Assembly: GCA_038746145.1 (NCBI GenBank)
Contig: JBCDKW010000005.1
Coordinates: 77,032-109,031, forward strand
Direction of reading: 5' to 3'
DNA: 32,000 nucleotides
Source: Pseudomonadota bacterium
GTDB lineage: Bacteria; Pseudomonadota; Alphaproteobacteria; Caulobacterales; Hyphomonadaceae
Shown here: positions 8,777 through 17,237 of the stretch, one piece after another
Layout of the letters: every line of letters starts with the position of its first letter
How positions within the stretch are numbered: position 1 is the first letter of the stretch
Program-made: the position numbers and the translations under genes
Notes under the pieces: generated by a model
What the model was told of the DNA's origin: nothing
The model's input: only the letters and a program-made list of their open reading frames with translations
Databases searched by the model: none

Positions 8777-9681
8777 TCAATGAGATCCTGATCAGGCTTT
8801 GATGCCGATAATAGGTCGCCGCGCCTTGCCAGTTTACGCGCTGTTTTTGCGATTTCTCTGCGGGCCTCTTCGATCTCGGCGCGGCGGAAGGGCCCGCTGC
8901 TTTCGATTTCACTGCGCAAGACATCGCCTGCGCGGGTGGTCATGTTGCGATAGAATGCGTCAGCGGTTCTGGTGTTTGCGTTCTGCAAAGCGATGATCAG
9001 CAGTGCGCGATCCGTGTTTGCCAGCAAGGTCTGCAGGCTACCTGGGTCGAGTGTTGCCAAATCATCAAACGTGAACATGAGCGCTTTGACGCGGTCTGCG
9101 CTGCCCGGCTCGATTTCATCGAGGCTGGCCATCAGGTCAGCTGCATTCGTGCTGTCGACCACATTCATAATCCCAGCGAGGCGATCTGGGCCGGAAGATT
9201 GAACCGAGCTTGCCTGCGTGCGGGCTGCGAAGGCTGTTTCTACTGCTGTCAGGGCCGAGGGATGGAGCGTGTCCATCCGCATCAGGCGATGCAGCGCTTG
9301 CACGGCGGTCTGTTTCGGCAGGTTCTGGAGCGTCGCTGCTGCCGTATGCTCCGGCAGGATTGAGAGCACAAGCGCTGTGACCTGCGGGCTTTCCTGATTC
9401 AGGAAAGTGAGGATTGCGTTGAGCTGATTTGTACCGAGCGTGGACAAGCTGCCTGATGTTTTAGTCGTGTCCTGGTCGCGGGCCATGTCTTTTAGAAAGG
9501 CATCGCCGATACCGGCTGTTTCTTTGTCAGCATCAATCGATTGCATGTCGGCTCTCAGCCGATCTGTTTCGTCAGGTGACAGCAGATCCCAGACCGCATC
9601 TGCGTCGGACCCGAGCGCTTTCATTAGAGCTGCACTGCGCGAAGATCGCCCTGGTGAGCGTGTTGGGGCTGGCAGGGTCAT
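8773..9681 (-). CDS. fliG: Flagellar motor switch protein FliG
   Basis: Middle-domain ESPQVTALVLSILP (EHPQ-type motif), MFTFDDL, and the C-terminal torque-helix region NMTTRAGDVLRSEIESSGPFRR with the conserved Arg residues. 302 aa. Confidence 0.9.
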   Translation of the reverse strand: MTLPAPTRSPGRSSRSAALMKALGSDADAVWDLLSPDETDRLRADMQSIDADKETAGIGDAFLKDMARDQDTTKTSGSLSTLGTNQLNAILTFLNQESPQVTALVLSILPEHTAAATLQNLPKQTAVQALHRLMRMDTLHPSALTAVETAFAARTQASSVQSSGPDRLAGIMNVVDSTNAADLMASLDEIEPGSADRVKALMFTFDDLATLDPGSLQTLLANTDRALLIIALQNANTRTADAFYRNMTTRAGDVLRSEIESSGPFRRAEIEEARREIAKTARKLARRGDLLSASKPDQDLIE

Positions 9682-10316
9682 TGATTATCCTCCTGCATCC
9701 AGCGGCGGATGAGGTTTGCGGATCGCTCAGGCGCTGCATTGGCGAGGGCAGCTGCTTTGCGATGTGAGTTGTCATTTAGGGGCTGAAAGTGCGTGTCTTC
9801 TTTTGTGCCACGTTGGGGTGTTGGAGGCGCTTGCTGCTCCTTCCGCTTCTGCTCCGGGGCCCGCACATAAAGAATAATGAGCGATATTAAGGCGATGCCG
9901 AGCGCGCCCAGTTCTGCAATCTCAAGCGGGGTCAATGCGCCTCGCAGTGTTCCGGCAAAGGGTTGTTGGATGATTTCGAGACGGTCTCGGTCGACTTGAA
10001 ATCCGCGCGCAACGGCAAGGTTTGCGATCATCGGTGCATGTTCTGACGCTGCACCTTCACTTAGCGCCTGGCCATGAATCAGGACGAGCCAGTCATAGCG
10101 GCCATCTGCATTGCGTTGAATTGAGGTTCTGACGCGATCTGGTCCGACAAACGGCTCTATTAGAGCGGTAAAACGATGTTCCTGTGGTGAACCAATCGTT
10201 TCCGTCTGCGGTGGTGCACCGAACAGGGCGAGCGCGCGCAAAAACAAAACCCCCGCCACCATGGTCATGGCAGCGAGGGCAAGGGGTCGAGTGGTGGTCG
10301 ATCTGGTATCGTCCAT
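9678..10316 (-). CDS. Miniature FliF-like MS-ring protein (TM1, one ring-building motif, TM2, FliG-binding tail)
   Basis: 212 aa in the fliF position, with an ATGA overlap to fliG. It has two TM helices. The periplasmic approx. 110 aa resembles the two halves of FliF RBM3 (LIEPFVGPDRVRTSIQ...; MIANLAVARGFQVDRDRLEIIQQPF compared with Salmonella ...EAMGFSDKRGDTLNVVNSPF). The C-terminus NLIRRWMQEDNQ resembles the FliF tail ALVIRQWMSND. Confidence 0.55.
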   Translation of the reverse strand: MDDTRSTTTRPLALAAMTMVAGVLFLRALALFGAPPQTETIGSPQEHRFTALIEPFVGPDRVRTSIQRNADGRYDWLVLIHGQALSEGAASEHAPMIANLAVARGFQVDRDRLEIIQQPFAGTLRGALTPLEIAELGALGIALISLIILYVRAPEQKRKEQQAPPTPQRGTKEDTHFQPLNDNSHRKAAALANAAPERSANLIRRWMQEDNQ

Positions 10317-10440
10317 AAACGCATGCCTTGCCTAATGCTCTTGGCGACCAGCAATAGGACGGTTTGCGTAAACGACGCTTTAACTCTGTTTGAGCGCAAG
10401 GGTTCTCGCGCGCTCAAGTCGTTTTTTTAGGACAGAAATC

Positions 10441-10719
10441 CTAGCGGTACTGTTGAATGCGCGTGGTGCGCAGGCCTTTACGGCCGTGATCATTGTACAG
10501 TTTTGCCCAGCCAGCGAACTCTTCTGCGCTGAGACCGTAGCGATCAAGCGCGTCTTCTTCGCTAAGCAGGCCGCCTGAGACGGCAGCGACAACTTCGGCT
10601 TTGCGGCGTGTGACCCAGCGTGTCACGCCAGGCTTTGGGAGGTCTTCAAGGGTCAGCGGACGGCCATCCGGGCCTTTCACACTGATGGATTGTGCATTCT
10701 GCGCCATGTTTTCCACCAT
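10441..10719 (-). CDS. sciP: SciP-like small CtrA-inhibitory transcription factor (DUF1153 family)
   Basis: RWVTRRKAEVVAAVSGGLLSEEDALDRYGLSAEEFAGW...HGRKGLRTTRIQQYR matches the SciP/DUF1153 pattern. An alternative start at 10707 has a better SD (GGTGGA). Confidence 0.85.
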   Translation of the reverse strand: MVENMAQNAQSISVKGPDGRPLTLEDLPKPGVTRWVTRRKAEVVAAVSGGLLSEEDALDRYGLSAEEFAGWAKLYNDHGRKGLRTTRIQQYR

Positions 10720-11015
10720 TCTTGGTTTTTGGTTAGGCCGCTTTCTGCAGCCATGACCCAGACATACAGGACGCGAATTAAGGCCTGTTTCACCGCGTAA
10801 TTTTTATTTTCATCAAAATTCGACGGGTTCTCAGACAAGCCATTAGGGGACTGTTTGGAAAGCTGTGCCGGAATGGGATTGCCCCAAATGACAGGCGAAT
10901 ATTTGTGCAACGCAACAAAAAATCGCTTTGACCACGTTGTCATAGGCAATCGCCTCTTGATTCCGAGCTCCAAACATGGGCGATTGCGGCAATCTTATTT
11001 TCGGAGCGGGAATCG

Positions 11016-13700
11016 ATGGCGGATACTGTCACTCAAGCAGATACGAAATGGGTTTATTCCTTTGGTGGGGGAGGATCCGAGGGTGATGCCTCGATGCGCA
11101 ATCTGTTGGGGGGCAAGGGCGCCAATCTGGCCGAGATGGCGAGCTTAGGTTTACCTGTGCCTCCGGGGTTCACGCTGACGACCGATGTTTGCACCGCTTA
11201 TTATGAACTTGAGCGGACGTATCCGGACGCGCTGAACGCGCAGGTTGATGAGGCCTTGGCGCAATTGGAAACGCAGACTGGAAAGGTTTTCGGTGACGCA
11301 GCGAACCCGCTTTTGGTCTCTGTTCGCTCCGGTGCGCGTGCCTCTATGCCGGGCATGATGGATACGGTCCTGAACCTCGGCCTGTCCGAAGAGAGTGTTC
11401 AGGGGCTGGCGGCGAAAGCCGGAGAGCGCTTCGCCTATGACAGCTATCGCCGCTTCATTCAGATGTATTCCAATGTCGTGATGGGTCTCGGCCACGACAC
11501 GTTTGAGTATATTCTAGACGATTACAAAGAACGCGAAGACTATCAGCTCGATACGGAAATGGGCGCTGAGGATTGGAAGGCAATCGTCGGGCAATATAAA
11601 AAAGCCGTGCAGGATGAGCTGGGTAAACCGTTTCCGGATGATCCGCGTGAGCAGCTTTGGGGTGCCATCAGCGCTGTGTTCGGATCATGGATGAATGACC
11701 GCGCCATTCTGTATCGTAAATTGAATGATATCCCGGCCGAATGGGGCACTGCGGTCAACGTGCAGGCGATGGTGTTCGGTAATATGGGCGAAAGCTCTGC
11801 CACGGGTGTTGCGTTTACGCGGGATCCATCAACAGGTGAGAACACGTTCTATGGTGAATTCCTGACCAATGCGCAGGGCGAGGATGTGGTGGCCGGTATC
11901 CGCACGCCTGCACCGATTTCGCGGGCAAGGGCTGATGAGCTGCAGTCAGATGAAGCACCGCTCGAAGAAGTGATGCCGGGCGTTTATAAAGAGCTGGTCG
12001 CGGTCGCCGATAAGCTGGAGAGCCACTATCGCGATATGCAGGACATTGAGTTCACGGTTGAGGACGGCACGCTTTACATGTTGCAGACGCGTGGCGGGAA
12101 GCGCACGGCCGCTGCGGCGCTCAAGATTGCCGTCGATATGGCGAAAGAGGGATTGATTTCTGAGGATGAGGCTGTGTTGCGGCTGGAGCCGTCGCAGCTT
12201 GATCAACTCTTGCATCCAACGATCAAACCGGATGCGGCGCGCGATGTCGTCGTGACCGGCCTTCCGGCTTCACCCGGCGCTGCTGTGGGTCAGGTTGTGT
12301 TCGACAGTGATGAAGCCGCGCACCTCGCAGAGGCGGGTAAGGCGGTTATTCTGGTGCGCGTTGAGACCAGCCCGGAAGATATTCATGGCATGCACGCGGC
12401 CAAAGCGATCGTAACGGCGCGGGGCGGGATGACCTCACACGCAGCCGTGGTGGCGCGCGGCATGGGACGTCCCTGTGTCTGCGGGGCGGGTCATCTGCAG
12501 ATTGATGCAGAGGCGGGTGTGTTCCGCGTCGGTGGGCGTGAGGTCAAAAAAGGCGAGATCATCACGGTAGACGGTGCTGAGGGCCAAGTGCTGTTCGGTG
12601 AGGTTGATATGCAGCAGCCTGATCTTTCGGGTGACTTTGGCCTGTTGATGTCTTGGGCCGACAAGGTCCGGGCGCTGCGCGTGCGCACGAATGCCGAGAC
12701 GCCGGGTGATGTGGCCGTTGCAAAAGACTTTGGCGCTGAAGGCATTGGGCTTTGCCGCACGGAGCACATGTTCTTCGACGCGGACCGCATCCCTGTTGTC
12801 AGATCCATGATTTTGGCAGGCGACAAGGCCGGACGCGAGGCGGCGCTCGCGAAATTGCTACCGATGCAGCGCTCCGACTTTGAGGCAATTTTTGCGATTA
12901 TGGGCGAGCTGCCGTGCACGATCCGCTTGCTCGATCCGCCGCTGCACGAATTCATGCCGCATAGCGATGCTGAGATGGAAGAGGTTGCTGCGTCATCCGG
13001 TGTTGATGTGAAAACATTGAAAGCGCAAGCGAGTGCGCTGCATGAGAGTAATCCGATGCTCGGTCATCGCGGCTGCCGGCTTGGGATCACTTATCCCGAA
13101 ATCTATGCGATGCAGGCGCGCGCGATTTTTGAAGCGGCTGTGGCGGTCGCAAAAGCGGGTGTTGCGACTCCGAAACCGGAAGTGATGATCCCACTTGTGG
13201 CGACGCGTGCGGAGCTGGATATTTTGAAAGCGGTGGTTGATGAAGCGGCGCAGGCTGTTTTTGCAGAGCAAGGTACATCTCTAGAATATCTGGTTGGCAC
13301 GATGATCGAGCTGCCGCGTGCTGCGCTTCAAGCTGGCCAGATTGCGCATACAGCCGAATTCTTCTCGTTCGGTACAAATGATCTGACTCAAACAACGCTA
13401 GGGATTTCGCGCGATGATGCGGGGCGCTTCCTAGCTGATTATGAGCGGCAGGGAATTTACGAGAAAGACCCGTTTGTCACGATTGATCAGGATGGCGTTG
13501 GAGAACTGGTTCGGCTGGCTTCGGAGCGCGGCCGTGCGACGCGCGAAGCCATCAAGCTCGGCATTTGTGGTGAACATGGCGGCGATCCGGCCTCAGTCAT
13601 CTTCTGTCACGAACTGGGACTGGATTATGTCTCATGTTCGCCATATCGGGTGCCAATTGCGCGGCTCGCAGCGGCCCATGCAGCACTCAAAAGCAGCTGA
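11016..13700 (+). CDS. ppdK: Pyruvate, phosphate dikinase
   Basis: 894 aa with N-terminal GGKGANLAEM, the phosphohistidine loop TARGGMTSHAAVVARGMG, and the C-terminal PEP-utilising GLCRTEHMF and FFSFGTNDLTQ motifs. Confidence 0.97.
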   Translation: MADTVTQADTKWVYSFGGGGSEGDASMRNLLGGKGANLAEMASLGLPVPPGFTLTTDVCTAYYELERTYPDALNAQVDEALAQLETQTGKVFGDAANPLLVSVRSGARASMPGMMDTVLNLGLSEESVQGLAAKAGERFAYDSYRRFIQMYSNVVMGLGHDTFEYILDDYKEREDYQLDTEMGAEDWKAIVGQYKKAVQDELGKPFPDDPREQLWGAISAVFGSWMNDRAILYRKLNDIPAEWGTAVNVQAMVFGNMGESSATGVAFTRDPSTGENTFYGEFLTNAQGEDVVAGIRTPAPISRARADELQSDEAPLEEVMPGVYKELVAVADKLESHYRDMQDIEFTVEDGTLYMLQTRGGKRTAAAALKIAVDMAKEGLISEDEAVLRLEPSQLDQLLHPTIKPDAARDVVVTGLPASPGAAVGQVVFDSDEAAHLAEAGKAVILVRVETSPEDIHGMHAAKAIVTARGGMTSHAAVVARGMGRPCVCGAGHLQIDAEAGVFRVGGREVKKGEIITVDGAEGQVLFGEVDMQQPDLSGDFGLLMSWADKVRALRVRTNAETPGDVAVAKDFGAEGIGLCRTEHMFFDADRIPVVRSMILAGDKAGREAALAKLLPMQRSDFEAIFAIMGELPCTIRLLDPPLHEFMPHSDAEMEEVAASSGVDVKTLKAQASALHESNPMLGHRGCRLGITYPEIYAMQARAIFEAAVAVAKAGVATPKPEVMIPLVATRAELDILKAVVDEAAQAVFAEQGTSLEYLVGTMIELPRAALQAGQIAHTAEFFSFGTNDLTQTTLGISRDDAGRFLADYERQGIYEKDPFVTIDQDGVGELVRLASERGRATREAIKLGICGEHGGDPASVIFCHELGLDYVSCSPYRVPIARLAAAHAALKSS

Positions 13701-13841
13701 TTCCGCGACTAAAAGCAGTTGCTAACAGGGTCAGAGCTTTTGAAATTTCAACGAAATCGTGTTGTTTTTGCAACAATTCAGCCATTGTGACGTTTCCATA
13801 TAAAACGTGCGCCCGTGTAAAATTGTAGAAAATGCAAGGGT

Positions 13842-13856
13842 TTAAACAAAGGTTAA
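13842..13856. promoter_or_regulatory. Perfect CtrA box TTAA-N7-TTAA
   Basis: TTAAACAAAGGTTAA lies in the 360-bp AT-rich ppdK/sleB-like intergenic region. GATTC (GANTC) sites follow at 13871-13875 and 13882-13886. Confidence 0.4.
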
Positions 13857-14060
13857 TACGACTTGCAGCTGATTCACCCTTGATTCAGGTTAAACGTTTA
13901 TGAAAAAAGTCCGTTGGATAGGCGGTATTTTGGTTGATTTCCCTGTGTTCGACCAAATATCTGCATTCGTGAAAGGCGCCGTAAAAGCGTTGTAACAGGG
14001 AAAAAGGTTCACATCTTGCAGGCTCCGGAAGAGTAGCCGCGAATTGGTGGAAAGTTTCAA

Positions 14061-14969
14061 ATGCAGTCTCCTCTCTCCAATCTGTCTGGACAGCCTTTTG
14101 CGTCCCGCGTTTCGGCGTGGTGGCACCGTCAGACGCCTGACGACCAGACTAAAATCAAAACCAATACGGGTTTTGGCGCAGTTTGTGCGCTGACACTGGT
14201 TCTGGGTCTGCCGATGGTATCCCACAGTGCTGCGGTACAGACTGTTGAGCAGGACTGGCGGGTCAAGAATGAACAGCTCGCTGTCGCGGGCGATGCTGGC
14301 GCTCTTGTTCGGTCCAATAAGAATACGCCATCGCTTTTGCGCCAAGACTGGCTGCGCAGCGTTGAGTATTCGTTGGAGCGCGATCCAAGCTCGGCACTGT
14401 CACAGATTTCTGCTCTGGAACGCGACCGTGCAGCTCTGAAAAATCTAAAGAGTTTTGAGCCTCTTCACCTCTCCCGCGCGGAAGACATGGCGAAACAAAC
14501 TCAGTGTTTGGCGCAGGCGGTTTATTACGAAGCCCGTAGTGAGCGTACCGAAGGTCAGCTCGCTGTTGCCGAGGTGATCGTCAACCGCGTGAAGGACCAC
14601 CGCTATCCGAATACAATTTGCGACGTCGTCTTCCAGGGTGCAACGCGCACAACGGGTTGCCAGTTCACATTTACCTGTGATGGGGCGATGAAAAAGCAGC
14701 CAAATGGCTGGCGCTGGGAAAAAGCGCAGACCATTGCGAGCCACGTTGTTATGGGTCTGAACGAGAAGAAGACCCGCGATGCGACGCACTATCACGCAAC
14801 CTATGTCAATCCGGTTTGGAATTCAGGCCTGATCAAGACACGCCAGATCGGGACGCACATTTTCTACCGGTTCCCGCGTGGCGGTGAATGGCAGCTTGCT
14901 AGTGCGCGTCAGAAAAAACGTCTGGCGCAGCGCCGCTCAGGCTTGCAGACTTTAACGCCTGCGCCTTAG
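14061..14969 (+). CDS. SleB-like cell wall hydrolase (Hydrolase_2 family) with N-terminal membrane anchor/signal
   Basis: QCLAQAVYYEARSE..GQLAVAEVIVNRV....YPNTICDVVFQG......CQFTFTCDG...ATHYHA.YV.P.W is the SleB/CwlJ catalytic domain signature. There is a hydrophobic N-terminal segment. Confidence 0.85.
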   Translation: MQSPLSNLSGQPFASRVSAWWHRQTPDDQTKIKTNTGFGAVCALTLVLGLPMVSHSAAVQTVEQDWRVKNEQLAVAGDAGALVRSNKNTPSLLRQDWLRSVEYSLERDPSSALSQISALERDRAALKNLKSFEPLHLSRAEDMAKQTQCLAQAVYYEARSERTEGQLAVAEVIVNRVKDHRYPNTICDVVFQGATRTTGCQFTFTCDGAMKKQPNGWRWEKAQTIASHVVMGLNEKKTRDATHYHATYVNPVWNSGLIKTRQIGTHIFYRFPRGGEWQLASARQKKRLAQRRSGLQTLTPAP

Positions 14970-15003
14970 CCGCGTCGCGTTTGCGTAAATCTTTAGGGTG
15001 ACG

Positions 15004-15046
15004 AAAAAACAAAGCCCGCACTTTTTGAAGGTGCGGGCTTTATTCT
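15004..15046. terminator. Bidirectional rho-independent terminator (cysNC and the sleB-like gene converge)
   Basis: An 11-bp stem AAAGCCCGCAC (15011-15021) pairs with GTGCGGGCTTT (15031-15041). It has a T-run on the minus strand (the plus-strand A6 at 15004-15009) and TATTCTT on the plus strand. Confidence 0.85.
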
Positions 15047-15048
15047 TA

Positions 15049-16959
15049 TCAGTTCTCCAGAAAGCCTTTGCTTTCTAGCCAGACGAGAATTTGATCTGCC
15101 GCATCCTCAGGGGATTTGTTGACCGTATTGATAACGATCTCGGCATTTTCCGGCGCCTCATAGGGGCTATCGATGCCTGTGAAGTTCTCAATCTCACCGG
15201 CACGCGCTTTCTTGTAGAGGCCTTTCACATCACGTTCTTCCGCAACCTCTAGAGGCGTGTCGACGAAAATCTCGATATATTCGTTCTCTGCCATCAAATT
15301 ACGCGCCATGCGGCGCTCTGATTTGAAGGGCGAAATGAAGCTGACAAGTGTCAGAAGACCTGCGTCGCTCATCAGTTTTGAGACATTTGCAACGCGGCGA
15401 ATATTTTCCACACGGTCAGAATCTGTAAATCCGAGATCACGGTTCAGGCCGTGGCGGACATTATCACCATCTAGCAGGAATGTGTGTTTGCCGAGCGCAT
15501 AGAGCTTTTTCTGTAGCGCATTTGCGATCGTGGACTTGCCTGATCCGGAAAGGCCGGTGAACCATAGCACAGCAGGTTTCTGCGCTTTCTGCTCTGCCAG
15601 CGCATCACGCGTGACGTCCATGGCCTGCCAGTGAATATTGCTCGCGCGGCGCAGGGCGAAATCAACGAGGCCCATTCCGACCGTATCATTGGTGACCCTG
15701 TCAATGAGGATGAAACCACCCATTTCGCGGACACTGTCATACGGATCGAAGGCGATGGGTTTATCGAGCGACAGAGTTGTCACGCCGACCTCGTTCAGCT
15801 CCAGCTCCTTGGCAGGCTTTTCTTCCAGCGTGTTGATATCAATGCCGAATTTCGGACGATTAAGGGTCGCCGGGATGGTATTGGTTCCCATCTTCACGAG
15901 ATAGCGACGCCCTGGCAGCATCGGCTGATCCGACATCCAGAGGATGCGGGCTTGGAACTGGCTTGAGGCTTCTGCAGGGCTGTCTTTCGAAGACAGGACA
16001 TCGCCACGGGAGATATCGATCTCGCGGTCGAGGGTGAGGGTGATTGATTGGCCGGGCACGCCTTCTGGCAGGTCGCCCATCATAGTCACAATGCGCTCGA
16101 CAACAGCCTCTTTGCCGCTTGGTGTGACGCGCAATGTGTCACCGGGTTTGACATGACCGGAGACAATCGTGCCTGAGAACCCACGGAAGTCGAGGTTTGG
16201 TCGATTGACCCACTGGACCGGCATCCGAAACGGCCCCTGATCGCGGCGGTCACCAACTTCGACGGTTTCGAGATAGTCGATCAGGCTCGGGCCGGTATAC
16301 CAGTCCGTATTGCCCTGCGGTGCGGTAATGTTGTCGCCAGCAAGTGCGGACATCGGGATCGGTGTGATATCGACTTCACGGCCAAGCGTCTCTGCGAAGG
16401 CATCGAAATCGGCTTTGATCTGATTGAATGTGTCTTCGCTGTAGTCGACCAGGTCCATCTTGTTGATTGCTAGGACAAGCTTGCGGATACCGAGGCTGGA
16501 GACGATGAACGCATGACGGCGTGTCTGGGTCAGGATGCCTTTGCGCGCGTCAATCATCAGAATGGCAACGTCGGCTGTTGATGCGCCTGTCGCCATGTTG
16601 CGGGTGTACTGCTCGTGGCCCGGCGTGTCGGCGACGATGAACTTGCGCTTTTCGGTTGAGAAGAAGCGATAGGCAACGTCGATGGTGATGCCTTGCTCGC
16701 GTTCAGCCGCGAGGCCGTCGACGAGAAGCGCGAAGTCAATATTCTCACCCTGCGTGCCTGAGCGTTTAGAGTCCGCTTCAAGCGCAGCGAGCTGGTCTTC
16801 ATAGATCAGCTTGGAATCGTAAAGGAGGCGGCCAATCAGGGTGGATTTGCCGTCATCGACACTGCCGCAGGTAATAAAGCGCAGCAGTGATTTGTTTTCG
16901 TGGGCTTCAAGATAGGCGCCCACATCTTTTGCAATCGCGTCGAGGTCTGTCTGGCGCAT
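15049..16959 (-). CDS. cysN: Bifunctional sulfate adenylyltransferase subunit 1 / adenylylsulfate kinase (CysN-CysC fusion)
   Basis: GTPase motifs [14 protein letters not shown] and NKMD in the N-terminal 440 aa. APS kinase P-loop GLSGSGKST and [11 protein letters not shown] in the C-terminal approx. 190 aa. Confidence 0.95.
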   Translation of the reverse strand: MRQTDLDAIAKDVGAYLEAHENKSLLRFITCGSVDDGKSTLIGRLLYDSKLIYEDQLAALEADSKRSGTQGENIDFALLVDGLAAEREQGITIDVAYRFFSTEKRKFIVADTPGHEQYTRNMATGASTADVAILMIDARKGILTQTRRHAFIVSSLGIRKLVLAINKMDLVDYSEDTFNQIKADFDAFAETLGREVDITPIPMSALAGDNITAPQGNTDWYTGPSLIDYLETVEVGDRRDQGPFRMPVQWVNRPNLDFRGFSGTIVSGHVKPGDTLRVTPSGKEAVVERIVTMMGDLPEGVPGQSITLTLDREIDISRGDVLSSKDSPAEASSQFQARILWMSDQPMLPGRRYLVKMGTNTIPATLNRPKFGIDINTLEEKPAKELELNEVGVTTLSLDKPIAFDPYDSVREMGGFILIDRVTNDTVGMGLVDFALRRASNIHWQAMDVTRDALAEQKAQKPAVLWFTGLSGSGKSTIANALQKKLYALGKHTFLLDGDNVRHGLNRDLGFTDSDRVENIRRVANVSKLMSDAGLLTLVSFISPFKSERRMARNLMAENEYIEIFVDTPLEVAEERDVKGLYKKARAGEIENFTGIDSPYEAPENAEIVINTVNKSPEDAADQILVWLESKGFLEN

Positions 16960-16962
16960 TTA

Positions 16963-17237
16963 GGGTGTGGCCTCATAAATTTTGCCGCAGCGGGCGGCGG
17001 GATTTTTTGATCCTGCTAGGAGCATCAGCGTAGAAAGCCATTTGGCTTTCAAGCTTATGCGACGCGGCAGGGGCGAAAAAGAGCGGTGCACGGTGTGGTT
17101 CGGCAAAGCCTTCATCCGCTGAGCGGCGGTCTGCAGCGTCAAAGCACTCGATCTGGGCTTGCCCCGCTCTTCATGCTTTTTCTTGCACACCTTGCCCATC
17201 GAATGACCTCTGCAACAAAATTTATGAGTCCACACCC
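16963..17237. mobile_element. 275-bp MITE (non-autonomous element) with about 31-bp imperfect TIRs and a TA target-site duplication
   Basis: The left end GGGTGTGGCCTCATAAATTTTGCCGCAGCGG matches the reverse complement of the right end, GGGTGTGGACTCATAAATTTTGTTGCAGAGG (27/31). It is flanked by TA at 16961-16962 and 17238-17239. Removing the element and one TA restores TAT TTT TAA ATG CGC, a tight cysD-stop/cysN-start junction. Confidence 0.8.

Noticed and set aside
10390-10428. 8-bp-stem hairpin (TTGAGCGC...GCGCTCAA) followed by T7 on the plus strand, between sciP and the fliF-like gene
   Set aside because: It looks like an intrinsic terminator, but the T-run is on the plus strand and both flanking genes are on the minus strand. 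On the minus strand no U-tract follows the stem. It could terminate antisense transcription or be an sRNA 3' end, but I have no support for a plus-strand transcript.
13890-14345. 151-aa minus-strand ORF spanning the intergenic region and the 5' end of the sleB-like gene
   Set aside because: It overlaps the well-supported plus-strand hydrolase gene. It has no RBS and no recognisable motif, and half of it lies in AT-rich non-coding DNA.
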